This document shows, in pieces, positions 13,901-26,900 of a DNA stretch of 64,000 nt; the first letter of the stretch is position 1; every line of letters starts with the position of its first letter. The notes below the pieces were generated by a model. It ran no database searches. It was not told the DNA's origin and saw nothing but the letters and a program-made list of their open reading frames with translations. The position numbers and the translations under genes are program-made. The stretch lies in the NCBI GenBank assembly GCA_002633005.1, contig NMRA01000216.1, positions 1-64,000 of the forward strand, in the 5' to 3' direction. The stretch is from Phoronis australis. Taxonomy: Eukaryota > Animalia > Phoronida.

Positions 13901-16900
13901 ATCCGACCAGTCTGCCCTGCTCGTCACCTTGTCATGGAGCTTACATCAACATGTAAAGCCAACCACCAGCCGGGTTGCATGCAAACTCTGGGAATTTACC
14001 AACACTCACCATACTTTTCAGTTACAGCCGTTTTAAAAGTGAATATCAATCTAATAAACATCATTTCCTTGCATAATTTTCCATCTTTTTTATGAAACAA
14101 AGAAAAGTCTATCGTTGTTCTGAAAACAGTATGCTGACACATGCATACGCCATTGCCTAATTTTTTGTGACATCTCTCAGATGATGGCAGCTTAGCAGCA
14201 GCAAAATTTGTTCTGAAATTCAGTTTGGTGCTACTGAAATACTGAAACTTATAATGAAATGAAACCAGTTCTGATACCAGGTTGCGACATGTATGCAACC
14301 TATTAGAAGAAAAACAGTTGACTGAAGAATCAATTAAAAAGAACTTAGCCGATTGGTGACACTACATTTCTTGGCGCCAAAAGCCGATGCATAATATTGC
14401 TCCCCAACGAATAACGTTAAATGCCTATTTTTCTAACACTGGTAAATAATTTAGTTTACTCAAGATGTACTGTACATTTCAATTTGTGTCAGGTTTTATT
14501 TGGCCAGTTTTATACCCACATTGGTGCGAAGATGTATATTTAGAATAGAACTTTGACTACCACACTACTAGTACTACTCAGTACTACTCAAGACCAGAGT
14601 TAGGCAATGACCATTGCCTCTGTTGGCCTGACCAGAGGCGATGCAGCTCCTGTAGGCGCTTCATACGCCGGAAGCATTTCGGTGAATTATGCCTCGCACT
14701 GGCTAAAGCATGAAAGTCACGTTGTTATAAATACCTTTTGCGTATAGAGGGACACCTTAGGAGGTTGGCGGTGTGTTAAATTCCTTCCAACTCGAACAAA
14801 TACATACGTTATCGAACTTTTTGTTTGAGCAGTCACTCGTTTAGTTCCCAAAATCGTGAGCTCACCATTTTTATACTGCGCACACTCCAATTTTTACCAC
14901 GCTCGCTAGGTGATGTGACTTCATGATCTCAATCTATAAATAGGCTAAAGGTGAGCCATTGCGGTCTTGTCAGTCAAATGTTTGTTTCCAAAATGCCACC
15001 ACTACCTGTCTTTAATTGGTGTTACTTGAAACTGATTGTATTTCAATGAAATATTGTTTGTATTTGATAAAAATAAATGCTGTTGATATGAGATTTAATA
15101 GTCTTTGTGCACATATTTGACATTATAATGTTTAACAACATGGAAAATGCACGGCTGGTTCCCGGCAGCACGTACGCAAAGGGCGGGGACTTCAGCTTTC
15201 AAAGTTCGCCATTAGAACCGCAACTTCTGACCTTCGGCCTGGTTAAAAGAATGAACTCATATCTCTTGGCGTGCGCCAAGTGAAAATATTGAGTTCACGA
15301 TTCTGGGAACTGAAATAGGGACTGCTCAAAGAAAAAGTTTGATAACGGGAGTATTTGTGCGAGTTGGAAGGAATTAAACACATTCGACAACCTCCTAAGG
15401 TGTTCCTCAAAAGGTATTTATAACAACGGGACTTTGATGTTTCAGTCGGTGCGAGGCATAATTCGCCGAAAATGTTCCAGCGCATGGAGCGCCTAGAGGA
15501 GCTGCATCGCCTCTGGTCACTGCCTAGACAAGAGTCAGAGTCAGAGTCGACAGAGATGTGGCAAAGCCAAAGGTAGGGAGAACAGCATTTTTCAAAAATT
15601 TTAGAAAATGTGCATGTAATATACATCACGAGAAAGCTCTCTACAAACTAAAAGAACGGTGCAAAAATTTTTTAAATCGGACTTACGGTTCCGGAGAAAA
15701 TGGTGTTTTTGTGTCAAATTTTTTGGTAAAAATTCTGTCAAATCAAATTTGTGAGTTTGAAACATAATGGTTACAAATCTATGTAACCTACACAGACATG
15801 TTATACATCATTTCAAAGAAAATTTTATGATGAATAATTTGCAGAAAAGAACATTCCGATTGGACATTCCTGTGCGAAGATATTGACCTTTAAGTCAACA
15901 AAGTCGATGAAGAAAAGTCAGTACGTTCAATTTTGTCGTTTCAAATTGGCATAAAATAACAATTACTCAAGAAAAAAAATAAGCTAGTATCATTTCAAGA
16001 TTTTTAATCAGGGAAGTTGAAATCTGATAATTGGTTTGGGCAAATTATTAATATTATTTTGTGACTTTTTTGTTGACATGCAGTTTGCGACTTACTTAAC
16101 TTTGTCAAAATGCATTACTTAAAAAATTAAAGATAAACAACATCATTTCAAATATGTATTGATGAAAAGTATGATAAACAAAAATTTTAATACAAGCTTC
16201 ATACAGTAAATAGAAATTAAACATACTTTCCACAACAATGTAACAAAATGTAGACCTTGTCTTGAGCCATGCAGGAAAGTTCATGCTATGCCGGAAACGA
16301 CAACTGCAATATTNTGACCATTGCCTCTGTTGGCCTGACCAGAGGCGATGCAGCTCCTGTAGGCGCTTCATACGCCGGAAGCATTTCGGTGAATTATGCC
16401 TCGCACTGGCTAAAGCATGAAAGTCACGTTGTTATAAATACCTTTTGCGTATAGAGGGACACCTTAGGAGGTTGGCGGTGTGTTAAATTCCTTCCAACTC
16501 GAACAAATACATCTGTTATCGAACTTTTTGTTCGAGCAGTCACTCGTTTAGTTCCCAAAATCGTGAGCTCACCATTTTTATACTGCGCACACTACAATTT
16601 TTACCACGCTCGCTAGGTGATGTGACTTTATGATCTCAATCTATAAATAGGCTAAAGGTGAGCCACTGCGGTCTTGTCAGTCACACGTTTGTTTCCAAAA
16701 TGCCACCACTACCTGTCTTTAATTGGTGTTACTTGAAACTGATTGTATTTCAATGAAATATTGTTTGTATATTTGATAAAAATAAATGCTGTTGATATGA
16801 GATTTAATAGTCTTTGTGCACATATTTGACATTATAATGTTTAACAACACGGCAAATGCACGGCTGGTTCCCGACAGCACGTACGCAAAGGGCGGGGACA

Positions 16901-17417
16901 TCAGCTTTCAAAGTTTGCCATTAGGACCGCAACTTCTGACCTTCGGCCTGGTTAAAAGAATGAACTCATATCTCTTGGCGTGCGCCAAGTGAAAATATTG
17001 AGTTCACGATTCTGGGAACTGAAATAGGGACTGCTCGAAGAAAAAGTTTGATAACGGGAGTATTTGTGCGAGTTGGAAGGAATTAAACACATTCGACAAC
17101 CTCCTAAGGTGTTCCTCAAAAGGTATTTATAACAACGGGACTTTGATGTTTTAGTCGGTGCGAGGCATAATTCACCTTAAACGTTCCAGCGTATCGAGCG
17201 CCTATAGGAGCTGCATCGCCTCTGGTCATTGCCTAGACAAGAGTCAGAGTCACAGTCGACAGAGATGTGGCAAAGCCAAAGGCAAAGTGGTGGGTAAAAC
17301 TAAAGCAAAAGGGCCAATCATATTGAACAACAAGCTAGAGTTCCTGGTCTCACTTACCTGAGATCGCTCTCTGTGTTTTTTACGATGGGACTTTGCAGCA
17401 TTCTTGAAAGAGGACAT
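7943..17417 (-). CDS. UTP11: U3 snoRNP / SSU processome protein Utp11, complete, 8 coding exons, 253 aa
   Basis: Minus-strand exons 17417-17358, 12601-12540, 12031-11929, 11415-11302, 10296-10203, 9749-9619, 8876-8766, 8029-7943 (762 nt, all GT-AG, phases consistent). Protein: [68 protein letters not shown]...KIERLKSSLH...KHTFFVD...YNRPT...AAVYKWTPQRKK*. Confidence 0.95.
10057..10128. repeat. 17-bp tandem repeat, about 4 copies
   Basis: Unit TCACCGTGATTTAGGGG. Confidence 0.9.
13066..13213. mobile_element. Small MITE with ~31-bp imperfect TIRs
   Basis: AAGTCTCGCCAGGTTCTTAATCTCATCATTG ... CAATGACGAGATTGAGGAACTCGTGAGACTT. Confidence 0.65.
13813..13915. mobile_element. Degenerate member of the palindromic MITE family seen at 54436-54544
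   Basis: Shares GAGAACCAG...CAGTGGA..AAACTGGTTCT.AAAAT with 54468-54530. Confidence 0.5.
14601..15526. mobile_element. Non-autonomous TIR transposon, ~930 bp, 9-bp TSD (Mutator-like); repeated at 16315-17235
   Basis: TAGGCAATGACC...TGACCAGAGGCGATGCAGCTCCTGTAGGCGC at the left and GCGCCTAGAGGAGCTGCATCGCCTCTGGTCACTGCCTA at the right. Flanks GACCAGAGT (14592-14600) and GACAAGAGT (15527-15535). Confidence 0.7.
16315..17282. repeat. Near-identical duplicate of 14608-15572, starting immediately after the N at 16314
   Basis: Direct alignment by eye shows only scattered substitutions and small indels. Confidence 0.9.
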
Positions 17418-17912
17418 ACCTGCAAACTGAAAGAATGCCCGGTGTCACCGGTACACTTGCAAAACAAAAACTCACGTTTCTACACTTGAAACCGGAAATG
17501 TTGTGACCGGATATTCAAGTGGTCAGGACAAAAGAGACATTCGATTACGAGATTTTTCATGAAATGTTTAAGGGGTATAAGTACTCTATCTGCATTGTTT
17601 TACCAGAAAAATGTACTTTTATTGTGTTATAAGCAGCCAATAAAGGCCAATTTAGCTTTAAATGGCAAATAATTCACGCCGCTAACGTTTGCCTCAACTT
17701 CATTAAAAGCCCTAGCGAGCAAGCTACAAACTAAAGCAAAGGGGTGCATACGGGCATTTTCGTATCCAACAACAGAAATGGCGGTCGATTCGCAATTTGC
17801 AGACAACATTGGAACAAATATTGATGGAAATTGATTATCTAAGTGACGAGAGGTGTCGTTTTCTTGACAGATAGGCTCTTTGTATTGAACTAGGTCAACT
17901 TCAATCAAAAAC
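17418..17912. promoter_or_regulatory. Probable bidirectional promoter shared by UTP11 and the dynein heavy chain gene
   Basis: Only 495 bp between the divergent start codons. ETS/GABP-like ACCGGAAATG at 17491-17500 and YY1-like AAATGGCGG at 17776-17784. Confidence 0.55.
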
Positions 17913-20900
17913 ATGGATGAAAGACACTGGTGGATCGCTGGAAAAATCCAAGAAAGTTTCCACATTGGCGGGTTTGACAACCCAACAATGCTGGAAGATT
18001 TCATGTGTGAAGAACAAACTCTGCAACTGATCAACGAATTCCTTAGTGCCAATGGACCGTGCAGAATTTTCTTTTACTGTGATAAAGCAGAAGCGGGAGA
18101 ACTCTCAACGAGAGAGCTTCACATTACTTCTACTCTCGCAAATCTCAAAGATGTGGTTCTCACAGACATCACAGTTCTGTATTTCCTTCGACGCTCTGTT
18201 ACAAGTTCGGTGGACATGGTTCATTTCGAACGAGATATATTCTGTGGAGAGTTGAAGCACAATACCATGGACATGTTAAACAGCTTGTTGTCGGATATTT
18301 ACTTGCCATTGTTTAAATCCCAAAAGGATTGGGGTGATTGCACAGAAGAGAACAAATCGCACCTTATACATAATGTAGATAGACTGGTGACCTCGTTGTC
18401 TGAGTCTGCTGGGGGCATGCATTCAACAAAACAATTGGTATGTGGAGTTCAATGATTTTAAATCATTTTTCTCTTTGGAATGTCCCTTTTGCAACGAAGT
18501 TCCCTCTCATCATCGAAAATTTCAAAAATATGAACTTTCTATGCTGGTAAAAACTTGTTGCAAGCCCTTACATTTTGCTTGTCAACTGTTCTTAGCAAAG
18601 TTATTATATAATACTAATTTTCTTGGAAAAAAGTATGGGAATTGTGATAATGAACCATAATTTATCAGTTTTTACTTTCGAATCTTAGATTTTCCCCAAA
18701 AAAACATTTTTGCAAAAAGTTTCAGGAGTACCAAACAACCAAACCTGTGCATTTTACCTACAAATTCCATACCTTTACCCCTCACCTTCAAACACGTAAA
18801 AGAAGTGCTCTATACCTGCGGGTGAACAAACTCCATACCCGATAACTCCTGACCCGAACCGTGGGTCTTGGTGAGGAATATAGTTACCTTGGTACCGAGT
18901 TTGGTCACCAAACATGGAATATTCGTAGTGCTTGCGTACGTGCAGTTGGTGGGTTTTCACCATTGGATTGGTGTGTTTGCTGGTCGGGGACAGGTGTTTA
19001 GGGCATTGTTGCTGGAATTTGGAGGCGCGGCCATGGGATCATTTGCTCTGACCCCCTGAGTATGTTACCATTAACAATCCTATGATTTCCCAATCACACT
19101 TTTCTCTGTCAAAGGAATAAGAGTTTGTATATTATCCGATGTTTCAGAGATTTAAAGTAAAGGTAAGATGCTGTTGATAGATATTCTGTTCAAGCCTTCA
19201 TGTTACATTGATAGACAGACACTCCATTACGTTATGTGCTAGTAACCTGCATGATTACTTATATATCCATACAGTGTGTTGTGCATTTCAAATGTTGTCT
19301 TTTGTTTGCATGGTTGTTATTAGCGGGGGGTTTACCATAGGGGGAGCTGTAGAGCACTCTCACTTCCTCTAGATCTAATGAGTAAAGTCCAACTTCATCC
19401 TTGGTTGTGAAACTTGTCTTTAGTATAGACTCATCATTTCCATTTGCAGATACAGTCCAGTTCATATGCATATGCATCTACTAATTATGATCTTTTACTT
19501 TTAGTTCTTCTTTTAATTACCTTTATGAATTTCATATAATTACATATTAATTTATTACATAACCTAGTTGTATTGTAAATGATTGTACAGTATCGCAAAC
19601 TTTTCTCACAGATGCTGAAACAGCCAGAGAACATCATCAGCAATGACTTCAAAATGACCCGTTTGGCAGCCCTTGATCAATCTATAATTACGGAGTACGA
19701 AGATTTAGTCAATGACTGGATGACCACGATTGAGACCATTCTCACAGACACTTCAGACGAAAGGTAAAGTCTTGTTTAAGATTAAGCATTATACAGAGTT
19801 TGTTCTAGGAAGTATGAGCACAGTCTAGTTTTTGTTTAGAACACTGAGAACATGACTTGCACTTGGTATCTATTAGTTTTTGTTTTTTTCTGTAAATAAT
19901 CCACTTTTGGCGAGATGAATTCAATTAAGGTTTTGTTTTGGAATCTAGTCATTTTTATCTGGCCTAATTAGATTACTGTGTTTAGTTGGTGGTCAGTAGC
20001 ATTTGCAGTCTCTCTGTATGGAAGAAAAGTCAGGAATTTGAGCCGTAGTAAAGACAATGGTTTTGTGACTTGCTAAATTTGAAAATATTTAGGTTGTGCT
20101 TTTATGACCACTGTCAGGTTGTTGGCCAAAAATATTGCAATTAAATTTGGTTAATTGACCTTAATTGCGCTTGATAATTTGCCTGCGATTTATAATCCAT
20201 GACAAAATACTGCACAGACACTTTACAACGGACTAGATATATCTAGATGTGCAAATTGGTATCTTTTGTTGAAACTGAACAAATGTGAAGTTTCTAATCT
20301 AGCCTGTATCGCCTTGGTCAGGTTTATGGATCCCATGGCGGGTCCTCTATCTGAGCTTGACCGATGGAGACGAAGGCAGCGACTTCTGAGCAGTATTACT
20401 GAGCAACTCAAAACTAAGGAATGCAAGGCAGTGATCGGTGTCCTTATCACAGCCAAATCCCGTTTGCTCAAGAGGTGGAAGGCCATTGATGCGAGGTAGG
20501 CTTGGCTTCTGACTTGTTTTGATGATTGACAGGTTTTAGTGTATAAAAGTCTGCATAATTGTACTGTTCTGTTGGGTATATCATAGTTTTTCTACTCTTA
20601 CTTGTTCAAGTAGAAAGTCTATGTTACTAAGTTAGCAAATGCCCTCTGGCACATTTACCGCTTTCAATTGAGAGTTGTTCATAGTGTTTGCTCAATGAAT
20701 TAGTGAATGTATGTCACTTCACAATTGCTGCTTGCTTAGTTTAGCATAACATTTTGCAATTAAAGCGGAAATGTGTCTCTGAAAACAAATCGGGGATTTG
20801 CGTTTTCGGCAAAGAAAGGAAACCCAAAGCACGTGATCTGTTACGTCTCTTGAACTTCATGAAGATGTCTTAGTTTTTACGATAGTGGATGTGCCTTGGG

Positions 20901-23900
20901 TAAAAGCATTAATTAATCTGACCTCTTTGTTTTTCAGCATCACTGATGCCATGAATGAGACCAAAGATAAGGTGAAATATCTGGAATCCCTACGCAGACA
21001 CCTAGATCAGTTGTATCACGGTGCTACCCCTACTTCCATTATGAACATTGCCCTGCCTGGTCTGATTAATAGCGTGAAACAGATGGATTCCATATCCAGG
21101 TTTTATGCTAGGAGTGGCTTCCTGGGCTTGTTTTTCACCAAGGTAAGTTCTGGAAGATAATGTCTCATGTTCGGATACTAGTAGGTAATTCTGTTTGCTG
21201 TCTTCAAACCTGAAGTTCATGACTGTGTAGAATACATTGATACTCATTATTGCTGGCATATATTAGAAGTGTTGTCTTTTTTGAAACAATTTGTTGCTGG
21301 CATGGCCAAAATCTAGCACAGTTCATTGATTACCTGTGTGAAGTTAGCAATGGTGCAATTTATGTGACCAAGCTGTTTGGTTTGTGTTTTGGGCTAACCA
21401 GTAAGAGTTTTGAATGACATCGCAATCCCATTTGCTTAAATGTTTTATCTAGTTCAAATGGGACAGCCTTGACGCTGCATGTATCAGTATCCACTTTCTA
21501 AAAAGGTGAGCAACTAAAAAAATACTGCCAAATCGATTTCAGAAAAAAAGAGATCGGAGCCAATTATGTTTTTTAACCTAACATATATTTTATAGCTATA
21601 TTGAAAGCACATCGGTGGGTTTGAAATAATAGTACACAATTTAACATAAAAGCCAAAGCCTGACGTATACGTCATTGATCTTAGATTTACCAAATTTTTT
21701 GTCACATCCTTTCCAGGTGACTTACCAGCTTGTGTTAGCCTGCAAGTAGTATATCCCATACTCATTATTTAAGAAGTGTTTTTCCATTATTTTGTGATAC
21801 CCTTTCCAGGTGACTAACCAACTAGTGTTAGCCTGCAAGGAGTACATTCAGGCCTGCACACTGGACAAGGAGACGGACACTCTTTGGGAGAAAGTGGACA
21901 CAGAAGTGACCAGTCGGGAGCACCTGGACAACCCAGCCGAGGTGGAACCTCAACAACGCCATCTACGGGTGCAGGTAGAAAGCAGGCTTACAAAGGTATC
22001 GGGGCTTTCTATCTCTTTTCTGTTCAAGGGTTGAAATGATTCGTCGCTGATAATGCAGACAAGGCTCTAGCTTTTGTCACGAACATTCTACAGGAAGGTG
22101 TTCATCCGTGTTAGCAGTTTTTTACGTAACCAGTTCATTTGAATTTTAGCATTAATTTGGAATATTTTCTTTGCTGGCAACTGCCTGGAGTCTTTGATTC
22201 ACTTTTTTGGTTTTATATGAAGTGCATCTCATCTGACCTTTGGACTGATTTACAACTTACTAATAAAAGTTGTCTCAACTTTTTTCTCAAAAGCATTTGT
22301 CTTCCGGAGAAAATCCATTCAGTACGTGTAGTAGTTAACACTGTGATAACGTCTGGATTTCAGTGGAATAGAACAGGGGTTAAACCCATGATAAAATATC
22401 CGTTAAAAACATTACAAGCTAGGCTTTCATTTCAGCCCTGTTCTTTTTTCTCTTTCATATCGTTGCCACTGGATGGACTTGCTCATACATGGGCAGATTG
22501 TCCGTGTTGTTGCTTTACTGAACACTTACCAAAAATGCATGGATGGCTGTCAGGCCGTTTGAACTCCTAGTAACTTGAATGTGTCAATGAGCAATTTAGT
22601 ATACCAAGAAGACAGCAAGGCATCCATGAGAATATAAGTTCATCCATTGGTTCTGCCATGGCTTAGGTTAAAGTTCACAGTTACAGTTCACTTATATGGA
22701 GAATCAATGCAATCTTAAATGCTGTACGGCCACATTTCCACTGCTGCTTCACTGAACATGCTCCTCTGAAGGGCTTTGTTTAATTGACCATATCGAGAAA
22801 TAAACAAGAAGTTTTACCCAGCAATGCGTTGTTTGTCGGGTAAAATGGTGGCTTGGAAATAAAGATGTGTCAAGAATGCTGCGTTCTGATTGGTCATTTA
22901 AGCCATTACTCAAAATCCTGACGATAGGTCAATTCTTAATTTGTGACTCAAAATTGGTATATTACCATTAGAATGTAATACTAACTGTGAATCCATTGTC
23001 TTGGGTATGGTGCCTCCCTATTGGTTTGGCTTGCATAAAGCTACAACTGCCTTCTGTCAAAAAGTTGATTTTGACCACTTTCAAATTTATGAATTTATCA
23101 TCAACTTGTCTTAAGTCACTTTCATGAAACAAATCTCTAGGCTTATAATAAAGTGACAGGTAGGTATTGCTTGACACTGTGCTCAGGGCATGATACACTG
23201 GGTTAAGTCAACCTAGATGTACTGAGCCTGTTTTGAGCTGGAACAAAGAATGTTGTTGAGCCCCAAAAATCCCTTCTAATCTGTGGAAAGAACAAGTTGA
23301 GGCCAAGTGTATCACAGGATAGAAGAATCTAAAAAGTTGATTTTTTGTTTTTTGGCAGAAGGCCTGTTAATAAAAATTGCTTTCCACTCAGATATTTGAT
23401 TTATTCCTAAATTGCTGGAAACTACAATGGTCTTCAACAAAGAATTATGATCTTGCTGATTAATTGTAGTTGTTGCCGTCATTTTCACATTTACCTTTCC
23501 TAAGCTTCGTAACACATCTGATTAATACTTAAGTTCCATTTAAACATAATTCTTATTTTACTTCACCTTATTAGTCTGGAAAAACTGCGAAAACAGCGAA
23601 CTTGGTAATTATTGTGTCTTAATTTGCACTAACATTCCTCCCAAATTTGCTCCGCGCATTAAATGTTGGTAGTTAACATGTTCCTATTAATTTCCATGTT
23701 CAGTTTTGTGCCCTTCATTACAGTTCCCGTAACACTTACACCAGCTGAAGTGTTGGTGAGACACTTCAGCTGTCCCGTTTTTGAACATTGACTTTGATTT
23801 GAACTTTGACCCCGATGGTATTTGAATGTTTGATTGAGGAACTGTACAGTACTATTCAATTGATTAGTTTTTTTAATTAGTGAAACATAACTTGACACCT

Positions 23901-26900
23901 TAATTTCTTTATTATTCATTAATTAAAAGTGTCTCACCTAAGCAGAGACTAACTACGAAGTAATCATTTGATTTACAACCCAGAAACACAATCTAAGCTT
24001 TTTGTCACACTCACTGGTCATGTTAACTTAATATGGCAAACTCGACTTCTGTCACTGAAACTAAACATTCAGTTTATACCACTTACCGTTATGAAATTGG
24101 TCTCAACTCTTATTCCTTATTCAAATTAGAGGTGAAGAAATGATAGTTCATCATTGCTTGAGACCGTACTGGTAAGCTCTTGAAGTCAGTTAGTCATGAC
24201 GGGTCATTTTATTCACCAATCATTGTCTCAACCAACAACGAACTGTCATTTTTTCTTTGTCTGGAAACCACTTCTGGTATGAGTTAGGAACAAGTTGAGG
24301 CCAATGCTAGCAAGTGACCCAATTTAAAAAAAGTCTCTTTGACAGGATGTCAGTTTATAGTCATGTTCTGTAAGGTTGTCACCAAGAAGTCCGTTGTTAG
24401 CTAAGCATGGTGTTTGATGTAACTGTTCGAGTGATTTTGTTCAGGGCCTGTGGTTGAACAAGCAAAGGAATTAATTTAATTGTGAAACTAAATGTTTTTT
24501 GGCATGCCGCTGCCAAATCTCAACTAAAAGCATGTTGTTGCTTTACCTTTGTCTGGTGAAGCATGCTGGGAAGTGTTTAAGGTGCTCTCAGTTGGAAAGT
24601 CTTCAACATTGAATCAGACAATGATGGTGTTTTGGTTGGTGTGATGTCTGTCTGTAACATCATTCATGTATTGTTGTCATAATGTGGTAGGGCAGCAAGT
24701 TTATCTTAAGTGTTTTGTACATTTCATTTACATTCGTTTTCAAAACCCATCGTAAGGTTATTAAATAAATTACCTTGTTAAAAATATAAAGAACAATTAC
24801 AATCATGTTATTTTGGGTACAAACTTACAAGCAATTCATGGTGTAATCTTTTTAACTTTTCATTAATTTTATAAAAATTGTCTGACAGTTATCAGTTGAT
24901 TTATTATGAGATTGATATTATGCCATTACGGGTTTTTTTTTGTAATGTTTCCTCGGTGTGAGGAAGCTATGATGTTTTACAGCAGATATTAAACATTTTA
25001 CACCAGATGACATTTTACAGCTGGTGATGGAGTGAACTCGTAGTACATATCGTTATCATGTTCAAAGCATTTTACAGTCACTCCTCTGGTAACCTTGCAG
25101 GGTTCGCGACTTCAGAAAACCAAAGACAGTAAAGATCTGACGCATCCAGATGAGTCACTGTTCCAACGACTGAGATCCTGCGTCCTTCTCCAGACTCACT
25201 ATCGCGAATCTGTTCGGGCACTGCGGGAAGCACTAGGGGGCAGTCATGTGCTGTCACATTTCCAATCCATCAGCACGTTGGGAGGTCACGCCAACAGTGA
25301 TGGGTAGGCCTCAGATTTTAGAGCAATCAAAGAAACCACCAGTTTCCCACAGACTGTGACTTCTGTCAACCATTCAGTTCTGCAAAATTATTCCCAAATT
25401 TTTACCAAGGTTTGGCACTTCATTGGGAAACTTCAAACAGACTTTGCTTAGGCATAACACAGTGACACCAAGGAATTTGTTTCACCAAAAGCCCACCTTT
25501 TGTCCTGGAGATTATTAATATCCAACATTTCCTGGTATATAAGTAATAATTTATGCAGTGCACAGCTACCCCTAAAGTCATTAAAAATTATTTCGTCAAC
25601 AGATCCCATCCACCAGGAAGTGTGCACAAGGTACGGACAAGCCAGGCGTCACCGTCAAAGAAACCCTCGTCCGTCATCGGCGACAATCTCGGCCATGGCG
25701 TCTCCATCGCTGACGAGGAGGCTGTGATTGGCCACCTGGACAACTTCTGTTCCCGTCTACGGCAGGTCATGGATGTGATCAACACTTTGTCTCAGTACCA
25801 CAAGATGGCGCTGACAACCGACGGCCTGCCACGCCCTCGCAAGGAGGACTTTATTGTGGAGGAACCGGAGGAAGATAAAGAACACTGGAAGCAGAAGAAG
25901 AGGAAAGACTCGGATCCAGTTGAACAAAACAATAATAATAAACCAGGTGTGTATTAAGGGAAAGTATGAGTAAGGGCACTCAAATTGTGGGACAACTTGA
26001 AAGTCACTTGGAAGCAGCTGTGCCCAGTTGCATTAACCAGTCCCAAATATAGACTCAACTAAGTTTCCTTCATATTGTTGTTCTTTGGTTTTTTGTTTTA
26101 TCTTCATTTATGAGCTCCTGATTTACTAGTGACATTTCCTACCAATATAACTAAAAAGTGAGCCTTAAGTACCATTAAAATATTAAATATTAGGTACTTG
26201 GTCCTTCAGTTAGGGGCATTTGATAAAAAGATCCCTTTATTTCCAATAATATTGAGAATTTAATGCAGCAAAGATCACTCTTGATTAAGCCAAAATCTGA
26301 CTTAGTAGTAAAATTAAAACAAGATGTAAGAAAAGAAAAACAGTGTTTTCTAAAAACCACCAACACACAGTAGATTCAGGGAGCTTAGCTGAGTCCCTAT
26401 TTAGGCTCATTGTTTCGTGCAACTGGACACTGGGGAAAAATGTAAGGATTACAATTATGGAGAAATTACTGCATGATTGACTATTGTATGCGAACTGTGA
26501 GGATGTAGGTTGGAATGAAATTGCTGTCTAATCGTCCCCAGTCTCTTATTTTGGTGTGTATGTTTAACACTCAATGACAATTCAAAATTAATATGGCCTG
26601 TCCAGTACTTTCTGTAAACAATGCAGGGTGTTTGTAATTATTATTTAAATTGATCAGCAAATCTTTTCCTGTGGTCATTCATTATGATATTGCTGCATCT
26701 CAGTTCAATGATTGTCTTAACTTCGTTGATTATTGGACGTTCCTTCTAAATGCTGAATGTATGGCAATGTTAGGAATTCAGTTGTAGTATTTTCCATACT
26801 AGTCTCAAATGTTGAGGCTGTCAGAGGTCAGCGAGACTTGTAGTGTTGCAATCATTCTATTCCATTCCTAATGTAGAACATCAAGTTAAACTATTTGCGT

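Noticed and set aside
15243-15629. Transposase ORF within the TIR element
   Set aside because: No DDE or DNA-binding motifs, and the element is too short to be autonomous.
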